Positions 54,154-62,977 of a stretch of DNA of 64,000 nucleotides are shown piece after piece. Below the pieces are notes generated by a model. The model saw only the letters and a list, made by a program, of their open reading frames with translations. It searched no databases and was not told the DNA's origin. The number at the start of each line of letters is the position of its first letter. The first letter of the stretch is position 1. A program made the position numbers and the translations under genes. Origin of the DNA: Candidatus Latescibacterota bacterium (GTDB lineage: Bacteria > Latescibacterota > UBA2968 > UBA8231); the NCBI GenBank assembly GCA_965261395.1, contig OZ253462.1:5632001-5696000 (forward strand), given 5' to 3'.

Positions 54154-54966
54154 TCAATGCCGCGCCAGTTCTGGGAAGAGCTCGTCGTGGACTTCGGCGC
54201 ATTGGCGCAAGTGAACCATGCGCTGCGGGTCGGCGGTATCGAGCATGGTGGGATAGAACATGCCGCCGCCGGTGACAACTTGGTAGCCGCCGGGCGAGTG
54301 CCGCCGGAGATAGTCTTTGAGAGTGGCCCGGTCCGCATCGTTGGTGCAAGGGCGGGTGAGGTTCATGGTAAACATGCGCCGCCGCTGGTCGCCGCCGAAG
54401 GAGGCGTGATAGAGGTCGTGGTTGAAGATGACGAGGTCGCCGGGGGTTGTCTCGAGCGCGAGGTTGCTAGGGACATCGCGCGGTTCGACGCCGAACAGCT
54501 CCATGGACCTGCTGAGGTCAATGCCCTCGGCACGGACGAAGTGGTTGGGGTGATGGCTGCCGGGGAGCACGCGCAGACAGCCCGTGTCGCGGGTCAGGTC
54601 GTCTAAGTAGAAGGCGATTTTGACCGAGAAAAGCTGGCCCCAACTGCCATCGGGATGCCAGCCGCTATCGCCGCTGTAGTAGTTGCCATCGCCGCTGGCG
54701 TAGTTGAAGTTCGCGCCGAGGACGCCGTTGCAGATCCCGACGATGCGCTCGTCGTCTATGAGGGTGCAAAGTCGCTCGCGGTGCTCGATGGGGCCGCCGA
54801 ACATGGTGCGCTTGGTGCCGTCGTGTTGGGCACCGTTGCCAGAGGCTTGGATGGAGAGCTCAAACTCCTCGGTGATCCAGGCGACCTCGGCGGGGCTAAA
54901 AAGCCGCGGGAAATAGAGGTAGCCGAAGGTCTTAAAGAAGCTGATCTGCGCGGGCGAAAGTTCCAT
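54154..54966 (-). CDS. Phytanoyl-CoA dioxygenase (PhyH) family protein
   Basis: FF..FGYL, WHPD, GCLRVLPGSH, PGDLVIF...L.HAS. Confidence 0.88.
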   Translation of the reverse strand: MELSPAQISFFKTFGYLYFPRLFSPAEVAWITEEFELSIQASGNGAQHDGTKRTMFGGPIEHRERLCTLIDDERIVGICNGVLGANFNYASGDGNYYSGDSGWHPDGSWGQLFSVKIAFYLDDLTRDTGCLRVLPGSHHPNHFVRAEGIDLSRSMELFGVEPRDVPSNLALETTPGDLVIFNHDLYHASFGGDQRRRMFTMNLTRPCTNDADRATLKDYLRRHSPGGYQVVTGGGMFYPTMLDTADPQRMVHLRQCAEVHDELFPELARH

Positions 54967-55020
54967 GAGGGATCGTCTCCGGGTTAGATGTGCCACGGGG
55001 GATACCGCTTCTGCCGCAGG

Positions 55021-55269
55021 TCAGCTGAGGGATTCGGCGGAAGCCCTCTCCATAGTGCGTAGGTACTCGCAGAGGGCGCGACCGTCTAAAGGCAGGTCGA
55101 GCACATCGGAAAAGGGCCGCATGTCCCCTTTGAGGAAGTCGATAGCCGTCTGCCGTTCCTGATTGCAATCTGTGGTCTGGACGTCTTTGACGGCTTGGAT
55201 GATGACCGCGGCGGCGAGCCGTCGGTGGCCGTCAAACCGGGCGCGATAGGTCGTCTTTTTTGTAGTCAT
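55021..55269 (-). CDS. Small hypothetical protein (phage-like LAAAVIIQAVKD motif)
   Basis: 82-aa ORF; motif recognised by eye only. Confidence 0.5.
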   Translation of the reverse strand: MTTKKTTYRARFDGHRRLAAAVIIQAVKDVQTTDCNQERQTAIDFLKGDMRPFSDVLDLPLDGRALCEYLRTMERASAESLS

Positions 55270-55556
55270 CTGCTTTTCGTTTCAGCTAGATAATATATAA
55301 CGCCCGAAGTGCCACTGAGTTTCACGGGTATAGCCAGGAGCGGGGCTTTGGTCGTTTTCGGCAGGGTCGTCAAATCGCTGGCGAGACTAAACACCAGCGA
55401 TCGAATGGCTGGTTGCAGCAGGATAGCGGCCAGCAGAAGCTGGAGCATCGTAGCCATACCGATGGTTTTCCAGGGAATGGAGCGGGTGCGGCGACCGCTG
55501 AGATAGGCTATAACAAGGAGAACGCAGTAGCCTAAGGCACTGTGGACGATTAACAT
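55266..55556 (-). pseudogene. Truncated NupC/CNT nucleoside transporter N-terminus
   Basis: LG..VLL.IAYL....R.I.W.TI.....LQ.LLA...L resembles the CNT N-terminus, but only 96 aa. Confidence 0.6.
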
Positions 55557-55621
55557 AACATCTTAAGAAATAAAGGGTAAAACCGGGAAAAGTCAACCGT
55601 GGCGCACGCGGCCCCGCGCCT

Positions 55622-56272
55622 TCAGCCGAGGGCGTTGAGGGCGCGTTGGACGACTGTGTGCAGGGGGCCGTCGGTCGGGATGCGGACGGCCCCGGTCCAG
55701 ACGGGAAAACTGCCGAGAGCTCGCGCGAGATTGGCAAAGTAGGAAGCGTCGGCGCGGGAGCCGCGGCTGGCCATGCGGGCGCGCCAAATGTCCAGAGGCG
55801 GCGGATCGAGGTGGAGGACGCGGAGGGTGGCTGGGGCGATGTTTGCCGCTAGACCCTTCCAGAGATCGTCCACGCCCAGCTCGGGGCCAAAGCCGCCGAC
55901 GAGGAGGACTTGGCGGGTGCCGACGAGGTTGGCGCAAGCTGCGGCGAGGGTGCTGGCATATTCGAGGGGACGGAGCTTTTGCCAGTAGTGAGGAGTGCCG
56001 TAAGCCGCGGCGGGCGCGTCGCCCCGCAGCGCAGCCGCTTCGAGGATAAAACCAGCAGCCGTTTGGTCTTTGTCGAGGAGGAAGGTGTTTGGGCAGAGCG
56101 CGAGAAGAGCTTGGGCGACCGCGGTTTTGCCGACACCGGGCGGCCCGCCCAAGACCACGAGGCGGGAAGACGGGCTGCCGGGGCGGGCGGCTTGCAGGAG
56201 GGCTGCTATGGTGGGGCCGGGATCGGGTGCGGACTCTGCGTAGCCGCCGCCCAAGTGGGCCACGTTGGTCAC
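55622..56272 (-). CDS. P-loop kinase/AAA_33-like protein
   Basis: GPPGVGKT, LDKD, RM..RG...D. Confidence 0.7.
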   Translation of the reverse strand: MTNVAHLGGGYAESAPDPGPTIAALLQAARPGSPSSRLVVLGGPPGVGKTAVAQALLALCPNTFLLDKDQTAAGFILEAAALRGDAPAAAYGTPHYWQKLRPLEYASTLAAACANLVGTRQVLLVGGFGPELGVDDLWKGLAANIAPATLRVLHLDPPPLDIWRARMASRGSRADASYFANLARALGSFPVWTGAVRIPTDGPLHTVVQRALNALG

Positions 56273-57003
56273 GGCGAGGGCGCGCCGCGGTCTTGGGGCT
56301 CCCAACCGACGAGTTCTTTGGCGTTGGCCAAGTCCCACTTTTTGTCCGCGCCCAGTGAGACCCCGTAGAAGATGCCGAATTGGGGCCGGGGGGCCTCGAT
56401 GCAGCAGGCGGTCAGCTCGGAGACATCGCGGGCGCTGAGCCAGCGGTTTTCGCCGGGGGGATAGGTGCTGTTGATTTCCTCGGTGTCCGGGTAGTTGGCG
56501 ATGCGGAGGCAATAGGAGGAGATGCCGTACTCGTCGTAGTAGAAGCGGCCGAGCGCTTCGCCGAAGGCCTTGCTGACGCCGTACATGCTGTCGGGGCGGA
56601 TCGGCATGTCGGGGGTGGTGTAGATGCCTTCTTTTTCGTAGAAGCCGGTTACGTGGTTGGTGCTGGCAAAGACGACGACCGGGACCTTGTTGATGCGGGC
56701 GGCCTCAAAGATGTTGTAGGTGCCCTGGATATTGGTCTCCATGATCATCTGGTTATAGCGCGTGCGTGGATAGCCCCGCTGAACGATGGCGATGCCAAGG
56801 TGGACGATGGTGTCGATGCCTTCGCAGGCTTCGACCATGTTCTCGAAGTTGGCAAGGTCGGAGACCACGATCTCTTCGTTTGGTTCGACCGGGGGGATGT
56901 TGCGGTGGAAGAGCAGGCGAAAGTCGTAGCGGTCTTTGAGGTGCCGGCGCAGGCCAGACCCGACTTTGCCGGCGGCACCAGTGATGAAAAGTTTTTTCTT
57001 CAT
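56269..57003 (-). CDS. NAD-dependent epimerase/uronate dehydrogenase-like SDR
   Basis: TGAAGKVG, FASTNH, PDSMYGVSK. Confidence 0.88.
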   Translation of the reverse strand: MKKKLFITGAAGKVGSGLRRHLKDRYDFRLLFHRNIPPVEPNEEIVVSDLANFENMVEACEGIDTIVHLGIAIVQRGYPRTRYNQMIMETNIQGTYNIFEAARINKVPVVVFASTNHVTGFYEKEGIYTTPDMPIRPDSMYGVSKAFGEALGRFYYDEYGISSYCLRIANYPDTEEINSTYPPGENRWLSARDVSELTACCIEAPRPQFGIFYGVSLGADKKWDLANAKELVGWEPQDRGAPSP

Positions 57004-57207
57004 GTCTCTTCCCCGTGTTTGGCTGCGTCTGCTGGATTGCGGTCTATACTTATTTGCTTGGGACACGGGGCGCAAGTCATTTGGGGCCGGGTTCTCGCAT
57101 CCTCGCGGGGCTTCGGCTCCAACCTATAACGACGGGCGGGGCCTACTTGAGGTAGCGCAGACGCTGGGTCTGCACGCCACCTGGATTTTTGCCCCTTCGT
57201 GCTCCGC

Positions 57208-59778
57208 TTAGAACGAAACAGTCGCGGTCATTGAAACCGTCCGCGGCGCGCCGAGCCAGGCCGCGTTCTCGGTGATGGCGGACAGATAGGCCTTGTCGAG
57301 CAGATTGTTCGCCACGATCGAGAACTCCGTCGATCGGAGCAAGGGACCCAGCGCCTCGCCTGAGAAACTGACATACGCGTCCGCCATCCAATAGGCGTCC
57401 GTGTGCCAGTCGGCCGTCAGGCTGACACGCCGCGGCGATGTGTACTTGGCCGTCAGTCCCGTGCGGAGATGCCCGATCCGATCGAGCGAGACGACCCACA
57501 GCTTGTCCGGTACGCCGGTGACGTCAGTCTCCGCAACGATATTCTGGCTTGCGTCGACGAGGGGATCACCGCTCCCGATGTACTCCGAGTTGTTGAATGT
57601 GTAGGCCGTGTAGAAGGATATCTGCTGCGGCATCTGCACCGTTGCTGAGAACTCGAAACCGTTCGTGTGGATGCCGCCGGCGTTGAAATAGGCACCGCCG
57701 CCCGGGATGAGATAGTTGGGACCGGCTGTCGTTTGCGGGCCGAGGTAGAAAATCCGGTTCTGAAAATCGACGATGTATCCCGTGGCACCGAGGGCAACCC
57801 AATCCCCGGTATACTGTAGCCCGACATCGATGTTCGAGGCGGTTTCCGGTTCGAGATCCTCGAGGCTCCGTCCCGGGACCTCGAGGAGTGTGCTGCTGAT
57901 CGCCTTGAAATTTTCGACATATCCGCCGAAAAGGTGCAGGCCCTCGATCGGCGTCTCGTACGTGACGCCGCCGGAGACGAGCAGTTTCGAATCGGAATCG
58001 GCCACGAGGTCCGGGTCGACGCCAAACAAGTCCTCGCGCGACACCCTGACCAGGAGCTGCTTGACGCCGCCGCTCAGGGTGAACGGGGCGGCGTAGAGCG
58101 TCTCCTCGACGTACCACTTGAACACGCGCTGCGGGAAATCCCACTCGTACTGGTGCCAGTAGGCCTGCTCGTTCCATTTGAAGCTGAGCCTCGGATCCAG
58201 CATCTGATGCCAGTCCCGGCCCAGGTCCCGCCGCGAGTTCTCGTACCAGATGCCGGCGCGCAGCGTGCTGCCGGCGGCACCGACGGTGGTGAACCACTCC
58301 TCGTCGAGCGTCACGCCGACGCGGTCCTTCCCGTAGTGGCTGTGGCGGTACGACTGCACCGCAGTAGCATCCGGGTGACACGCAGGGTCGACCTCCGGGC
58401 CGCCCGAGCCGTAATAGTTGAAGATGTAGGACGACGTGCACCCGGGCGTCGGTCCGACGGCGGTGGCGTCCCGGTTCACGAAGCGGATCAGCCCGAGCTG
58501 TGCGCCGCCCTGCACCGGTGTCCGGCCCATCAGCTCCGATTCCGGTCCACCGCCGTCGTCGGTGACGTCGGCGATGTAGGGGGGCAGCCAGTCGCCGCGG
58601 CCCCGGTTGCGATGGAAATAGGCGCCCACGTTCAGCGAGGTGACGTCGCTGAACGACCAGTCCGCCTTCAGGTAGCCGAAGGTGTTGTTCCGCCGCGTCT
58701 GCCAGCCGGGCCGGTAGAACTGGTTCAGGTAGGGCACGCCGGGCCAGTCGCCGACCAGGCGGTCCCAGCGCGGGTTGGCCCTGAAGTTGGCGTCGCTGTA
58801 GAGCCGCTGGTAGGTGTCTTCGTGGATGCTGTCGTACGAGACGTAGCTGGTGAGATCGAGGCGTCCGCGTGACGAGACCAGCTTGGCGGCGACATGCTCG
58901 CGCTCGTTCCGCGCCGACCCCTGCACCCAGTCGGTCGCCTCCTGACGGACCGCCGAGATCCAGGCGCGGGTCTCGGTGCCGAACAACGGCCCGGTGTCGA
59001 GGCGCATGTAGAACCGCTTGCCGTCGTTCTCACCGAGGGTGCTCGACGCAGTGTAGGTCCGCTTCGGCGCCGGATCGTCCGTCAGGTAGTTGAAGGTGCC
59101 GCCCAGCGCTTCGACCGACCGGGAGGCGATGTCGGCCGTCCCCTGGGACACCTCGACGCCCCCGAGGTTCATCGGGTCGATGAACCGGTTCGCCTTGGCA
59201 CCGCTGAAGTAGTCGGATGTACCGTTCGGGAACCCATCGATGGTCGTGCCGATCTGCGCCTCGCTGATGGTCACTTGGAAGCCGCGCACGGCGACGTTGC
59301 TCGACCAGTCGTCGAAGCCGTACGCATCGCCCTCTTGGATGGATACCCCGGGCAGGTTGTCGACCACCGACGTCACGCTGGTGATGTTCGACTGCTGCAG
59401 CAGCATCGGCACGGCGACGACATTGCTCGCGAAGCTCCGGGGTTTCTCGGCAACGACGCTGATCCCCTCGAGTCCGACGACGCTCGGTTCCAAACGAACA
59501 TCAAGAGTAGTGATGCCCGGATTTATCGTCAGTCGCTTTGTCCGGAATCCCACAAAGGAAAAAACCAGAATGTCCTCCAGAGACCGAAGGTCAATCGAAT
59601 AGGCCCCATCCTGGTCCGTTACCGCCCCGATGAATGTGCCCTCAATGACAACCGTTCCGCCCGGTAAGGCATCACCGGTTTCATCCGAAACCACGGTCCC
59701 TGAAACCGCAATCTGCCCATGGGCATCCTGGGCTAGTTGTACAACGAATATGACGACAATGGTGCGTACGAATTTCAT
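57208..59778 (-). CDS. TonB-dependent receptor with N-terminal carboxypeptidase-regulatory-like domain
   Basis: Plug motifs LPGVS..RGF..IDG, LEPET, NLLDKAY, C-terminal Phe. Confidence 0.92.
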   Translation of the reverse strand: MKFVRTIVVIFVVQLAQDAHGQIAVSGTVVSDETGDALPGGTVVIEGTFIGAVTDQDGAYSIDLRSLEDILVFSFVGFRTKRLTINPGITTLDVRLEPSVVGLEGISVVAEKPRSFASNVVAVPMLLQQSNITSVTSVVDNLPGVSIQEGDAYGFDDWSSNVAVRGFQVTISEAQIGTTIDGFPNGTSDYFSGAKANRFIDPMNLGGVEVSQGTADIASRSVEALGGTFNYLTDDPAPKRTYTASSTLGENDGKRFYMRLDTGPLFGTETRAWISAVRQEATDWVQGSARNEREHVAAKLVSSRGRLDLTSYVSYDSIHEDTYQRLYSDANFRANPRWDRLVGDWPGVPYLNQFYRPGWQTRRNNTFGYLKADWSFSDVTSLNVGAYFHRNRGRGDWLPPYIADVTDDGGGPESELMGRTPVQGGAQLGLIRFVNRDATAVGPTPGCTSSYIFNYYGSGGPEVDPACHPDATAVQSYRHSHYGKDRVGVTLDEEWFTTVGAAGSTLRAGIWYENSRRDLGRDWHQMLDPRLSFKWNEQAYWHQYEWDFPQRVFKWYVEETLYAAPFTLSGGVKQLLVRVSREDLFGVDPDLVADSDSKLLVSGGVTYETPIEGLHLFGGYVENFKAISSTLLEVPGRSLEDLEPETASNIDVGLQYTGDWVALGATGYIVDFQNRIFYLGPQTTAGPNYLIPGGGAYFNAGGIHTNGFEFSATVQMPQQISFYTAYTFNNSEYIGSGDPLVDASQNIVAETDVTGVPDKLWVVSLDRIGHLRTGLTAKYTSPRRVSLTADWHTDAYWMADAYVSFSGEALGPLLRSTEFSIVANNLLDKAYLSAITENAAWLGAPRTVSMTATVSF

Positions 59779-59812
59779 GAGGCCCCTTCCATTAGGTGAC
59801 AATACCTACAAC

Positions 59813-59846
59813 TATAACAAGTCTGGAAGTATAACAAGTCTGGAAG
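59813..59846. repeat. Perfect 17-bp tandem duplication upstream of the TonB receptor
   Basis: TATAACAAGTCTGGAAG x2. Confidence 0.85.
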
Positions 59847-59865
59847 GACGCGTAAAGCGGTCAAA

Positions 59866-59982
59866 CTAGAAAGCACCGGTCTCTCATTTGGCCGAGTGCT
59901 GGGCCGTCAGCGACGTGAGGCTGCCCAAGTTTCTCAGCGAGGGAAAAAGGCCGGTCCAAGCGGCGACGACCAACAACGTGCC
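59866..59982 (-). pseudogene. Orphan duplicate of the MFS gene 3' end plus 3' UTR
   Basis: 59898-59982 matches 61623-61707 with 4 mismatches in 85 bp; shared CTAGAAAGCAC(C)GGTCTCTCATT spanning the stop codon. Confidence 0.9.
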
Positions 59983-60003
59983 AATTTCTACGATTTCTTG
60001 GGG

Positions 60004-60249
60004 TCAAGACGCGATGAGAACCGTTCGAGGATTTTCTTGGAGATGTGATGAGGGTTGTTGGTGTGGATGCGCCGCGCCGTGTTCCCCACAGCGCGCGAGG
60101 CTCAGGTCGTCCACTTCGTCGACAACGTCTCGGACGACATGAACCGGTGCCAAGTGCTGAACGACGAGAGCGAGAATAGATAGATCCGAATCCCGGTAGT
60201 CGATCAGGACGTCCGCGTCCGACAGAAGGACCATCGGGCGATTAGGCAT
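60004..60249 (-). pseudogene. Truncated PIN-domain protein
   Basis: VLLSDADVLIDY...VVDEV N-terminal PIN motifs; similarity appears lost after ~58 aa. Confidence 0.65.
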
Positions 60250-60250
60250 C

Positions 60251-61378
60251 TCATGCGGCCCATTCGGCGGCCAATTGGCGCATATCCATTAAGGAAATGC
60301 GGAGGATCTCGGCACCCCGGCTAAGCGAGATCTCGTCGTTCTCGACAGCTCGGCGGACCAGACGCCGCAGCCGGTCGTCCAAGCAGTCGGCGTCGGAGAG
60401 ACGGTCTGGCTCCAGACCCCGTTTTGCGTCGAACTGGTTTTCGGTCAGGGGCTGAGGCTCGTCAACCTTTTTTAGGGTTTTTCCGAAACGCCTTTGGTGC
60501 TGAACTTGGAAGGTTTGGAACACGTTCTTTGGGGCCTCCCCCATCTGCACCAACCGGATGAGCACGGTCTTGTAGCTCACATGGAAGATCCGCTTGACCT
60601 TGAGGATGCGCTCGTAAAGGGGGTGTCCTCGCGAGTCATGCCACTCTCGCTCGAAGAGATCGTGAGGCATCAGGAAGAAGCTTGCGAATTCATCGGCTTG
60701 CTTTTCCTCGATTAAGGACTCCTCCTGTTCCCTGTAGTCGTAGGCACCCGGGTGCAGCAGCAAGTGTCCGAGCTCGTGTGCGGCTGAGAAAATCCAGCGC
60801 TCCACCGAAATTCGCTCCCAGGTGTTGATGACGACCGCCGGTCCGCCGTCGTCTTCTTTGACCGACAGCCCGAAGAAAGCATCGGTCGCGCGGGGGAGGT
60901 GGAGAACCTTGGTGCCGCATCTTTCTAGGATCCCGCAGATGTCGTGAATGGGCTGATCATCGAGCTTGATATTTTTCCGCGTTTTCTCGGCGACAGCCCG
61001 TGGATCAAGTTGTCGACGAGGACGGAGGCCTCGCAGTTGAGAGGGAGGGGAATCTTCGAGCAGCTCCTCGAGGAAGTTGTAGTCGTCGAGCCAATTGGCA
61101 ACCTCGGCAAGCAACTGTTCACGCTCTCGGACGCGCTTTCGAGCGCGAAAGCGTACGGTGTGCAACGGCCGCGCCGGGGTCGCGAGTTCGACGGTCGAGA
61201 CCCCCAACGCGCGCGCCAACGCGCGCATGGTAGCAGCGCGAGGCAGCGTCTGGCCTCGTTCGATCTTGGCCAAACCAAGACGCGATAGCTGCGCCCGCTC
61301 GGCAAGGGCTTTCTGGCTTATCCCCTTTGAGGTACGTAGCCGCATCACGTTGGTGCCGATCACATTCTCGGTGGACAT
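60251..61378 (-). CDS. XRE HTH + ImmA/IrrE metallopeptidase fusion
   Basis: N-terminal HTH, ERWIFSAAHELGHLLLH, EKQADEFASFFLMP, ISLSRGAEIL. Confidence 0.92.
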   Translation of the reverse strand: MSTENVIGTNVMRLRTSKGISQKALAERAQLSRLGLAKIERGQTLPRAATMRALARALGVSTVELATPARPLHTVRFRARKRVREREQLLAEVANWLDDYNFLEELLEDSPPSQLRGLRPRRQLDPRAVAEKTRKNIKLDDQPIHDICGILERCGTKVLHLPRATDAFFGLSVKEDDGGPAVVINTWERISVERWIFSAAHELGHLLLHPGAYDYREQEESLIEEKQADEFASFFLMPHDLFEREWHDSRGHPLYERILKVKRIFHVSYKTVLIRLVQMGEAPKNVFQTFQVQHQRRFGKTLKKVDEPQPLTENQFDAKRGLEPDRLSDADCLDDRLRRLVRRAVENDEISLSRGAEILRISLMDMRQLAAEWAA

Positions 61379-61426
61379 AGAAGCCTCTCCCTGGATGTGG
61401 TTTCCCTGATTTGGAAGGTTATTTAA

Positions 61427-61459
61427 AAGTTAGCTTATCGACAGAGTACCGTCAATAAG
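61427..61459 (-). promoter_or_regulatory. sigma70 promoter overlapped by an inverted-repeat operator
   Basis: Minus strand TTGACG-17-TAACTT; inverted repeat CTTATCGAC-8 nt-GTCAATAAG. Confidence 0.65.
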
Positions 61460-61596
61460 TATATTTTTATGTGCCGGTCTCGGGGAGGCCTCCCAAGAGA
61501 GAGGTGTTGGAGCTTGCTGGGAGCTGACTAAGGGCGTTTTGATATCCAACCAACTACTCATCAGTTAAAAGCAAGGTCGCTAGAAAGCACGGTCTC

Positions 61597-62868
61597 TCAT
61601 TGTCGCTGGTTGGGTGTTGATCGCTGGGCCGTCAGGGACGAGAGGCTACCCAAGTTTCTCAGCGAGGGAAAAAGGCCGGTCCAAGCGGCGACGACCAGCA
61701 ACGTGCCGATGCCACCGCTGACGACGGAGAAGACCGGGTTGAAGAGTTGGGCTACCAGCCCGGACTCAAAGCCACCGATCTCGTTGGAAGAACCGACGAA
61801 GATGGCGGAGACGGCTTGGACTCGGCCCCGCATCTGGTTGGGCGTGCCCATCTGCGAGATGACGCGGCGGATGACCATGCTGACGTTGTCGAAGGCACCG
61901 GTTAGCGCCAGCATTAGCAGCGAGAACCAGAAGTTTTGCGAGAGGCCAAAGAGAATAGTCGCCGCACCAAAACCGACCACGCACCACAGCAGGGTCTTGC
62001 CAGCGCGGCGAATCGGCGGTAAATGGGCGATGGCCAAGGCGGTGATGGTGGCACCGATGGCCGGGGCCGCGCGCAGCCAGCCGAGCGCGGCTTCGGGTGC
62101 GAGGCCGACGGGGCCGAGGTCGATGATCTCGCGGGCGAAGATGGGCAAAAGGTACACTGCGCCGCCTAGCAGTACGGCGAAGAGATCGAGCGAGATCGCG
62201 CCGAGTAGGAGCGGTTGGTCGCGGACGAAGCGCAGCCCGACGGCGATCTGAGCGAACATATTGCCCCCTTGGATGCGCGGGGCGGGCGGCAAGATCATGG
62301 TGCTGAGGAAGAGGATGAAGGCCGCAGAAGAAACGGCGCTGAGGATATAGGCGGCTTGGATATTGAAGGCGATGACAAAACCGCCGATGGCCGGTCCGGC
62401 GATGCCGGTGATCTGCATCAGGCTGGTTGACCACTTGGCAGCGTTTTCAAAGAGCGCGTCCGGCACCAACAAGGGCGCGATGGCTCTTTGGGCGGGCCAA
62501 CCTAAACGGAGGAAGGACGAATCCAAAAAGAGCAGCAAGTACATCCAGTGGACCGGCATCTGGTACCAGCTAAAGACGGCCAAGGCCAGCGAAGCGAGTG
62601 TCGCGCCAGCTAAGCTGAGCATCATCAGCTTGCGGCGGTCGAAGACGTCGGCTAGATACCCGGCGGGCAGGGTCAAGAGGAGCATGGGGATGGCTTGGAC
62701 GAGGCCGACCATACCGAGGGAGAGCGCTTGGCCGGTGCGGTCGTACATCTCCCAACCGATGGCCAAACCCTGGGCGGCCGTACCCATCCGCACTAGTGCG
62801 GTGGCGATGAGGTAACGCCGAAAGAGCGGGACACGCAGGCTGGTGTAGGGGTCGTGTCTTTTGTGCAA
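61597..62868 (-). CDS. MFS transporter (MFS_3/DHA3-like)
   Basis: ~12 hydrophobic segments, AG.LAD.FDRR, LDLFAVLLGGA, MRGRV. Confidence 0.92.
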   Translation of the reverse strand: MHKRHDPYTSLRVPLFRRYLIATALVRMGTAAQGLAIGWEMYDRTGQALSLGMVGLVQAIPMLLLTLPAGYLADVFDRRKLMMLSLAGATLASLALAVFSWYQMPVHWMYLLLFLDSSFLRLGWPAQRAIAPLLVPDALFENAAKWSTSLMQITGIAGPAIGGFVIAFNIQAAYILSAVSSAAFILFLSTMILPPAPRIQGGNMFAQIAVGLRFVRDQPLLLGAISLDLFAVLLGGAVYLLPIFAREIIDLGPVGLAPEAALGWLRAAPAIGATITALAIAHLPPIRRAGKTLLWCVVGFGAATILFGLSQNFWFSLLMLALTGAFDNVSMVIRRVISQMGTPNQMRGRVQAVSAIFVGSSNEIGGFESGLVAQLFNPVFSVVSGGIGTLLVVAAWTGLFPSLRNLGSLSSLTAQRSTPNQRQ

Positions 62869-62977
62869 ATCAGTAGCGGTGTACTATTATGGGCGGCGAG
62901 TGGTGCGAGCTTACTAATTACCTATATGGCTCTGGCTAGCGCCAGTGACACACTGTCGAGGGAGGGAAGCGAATACT

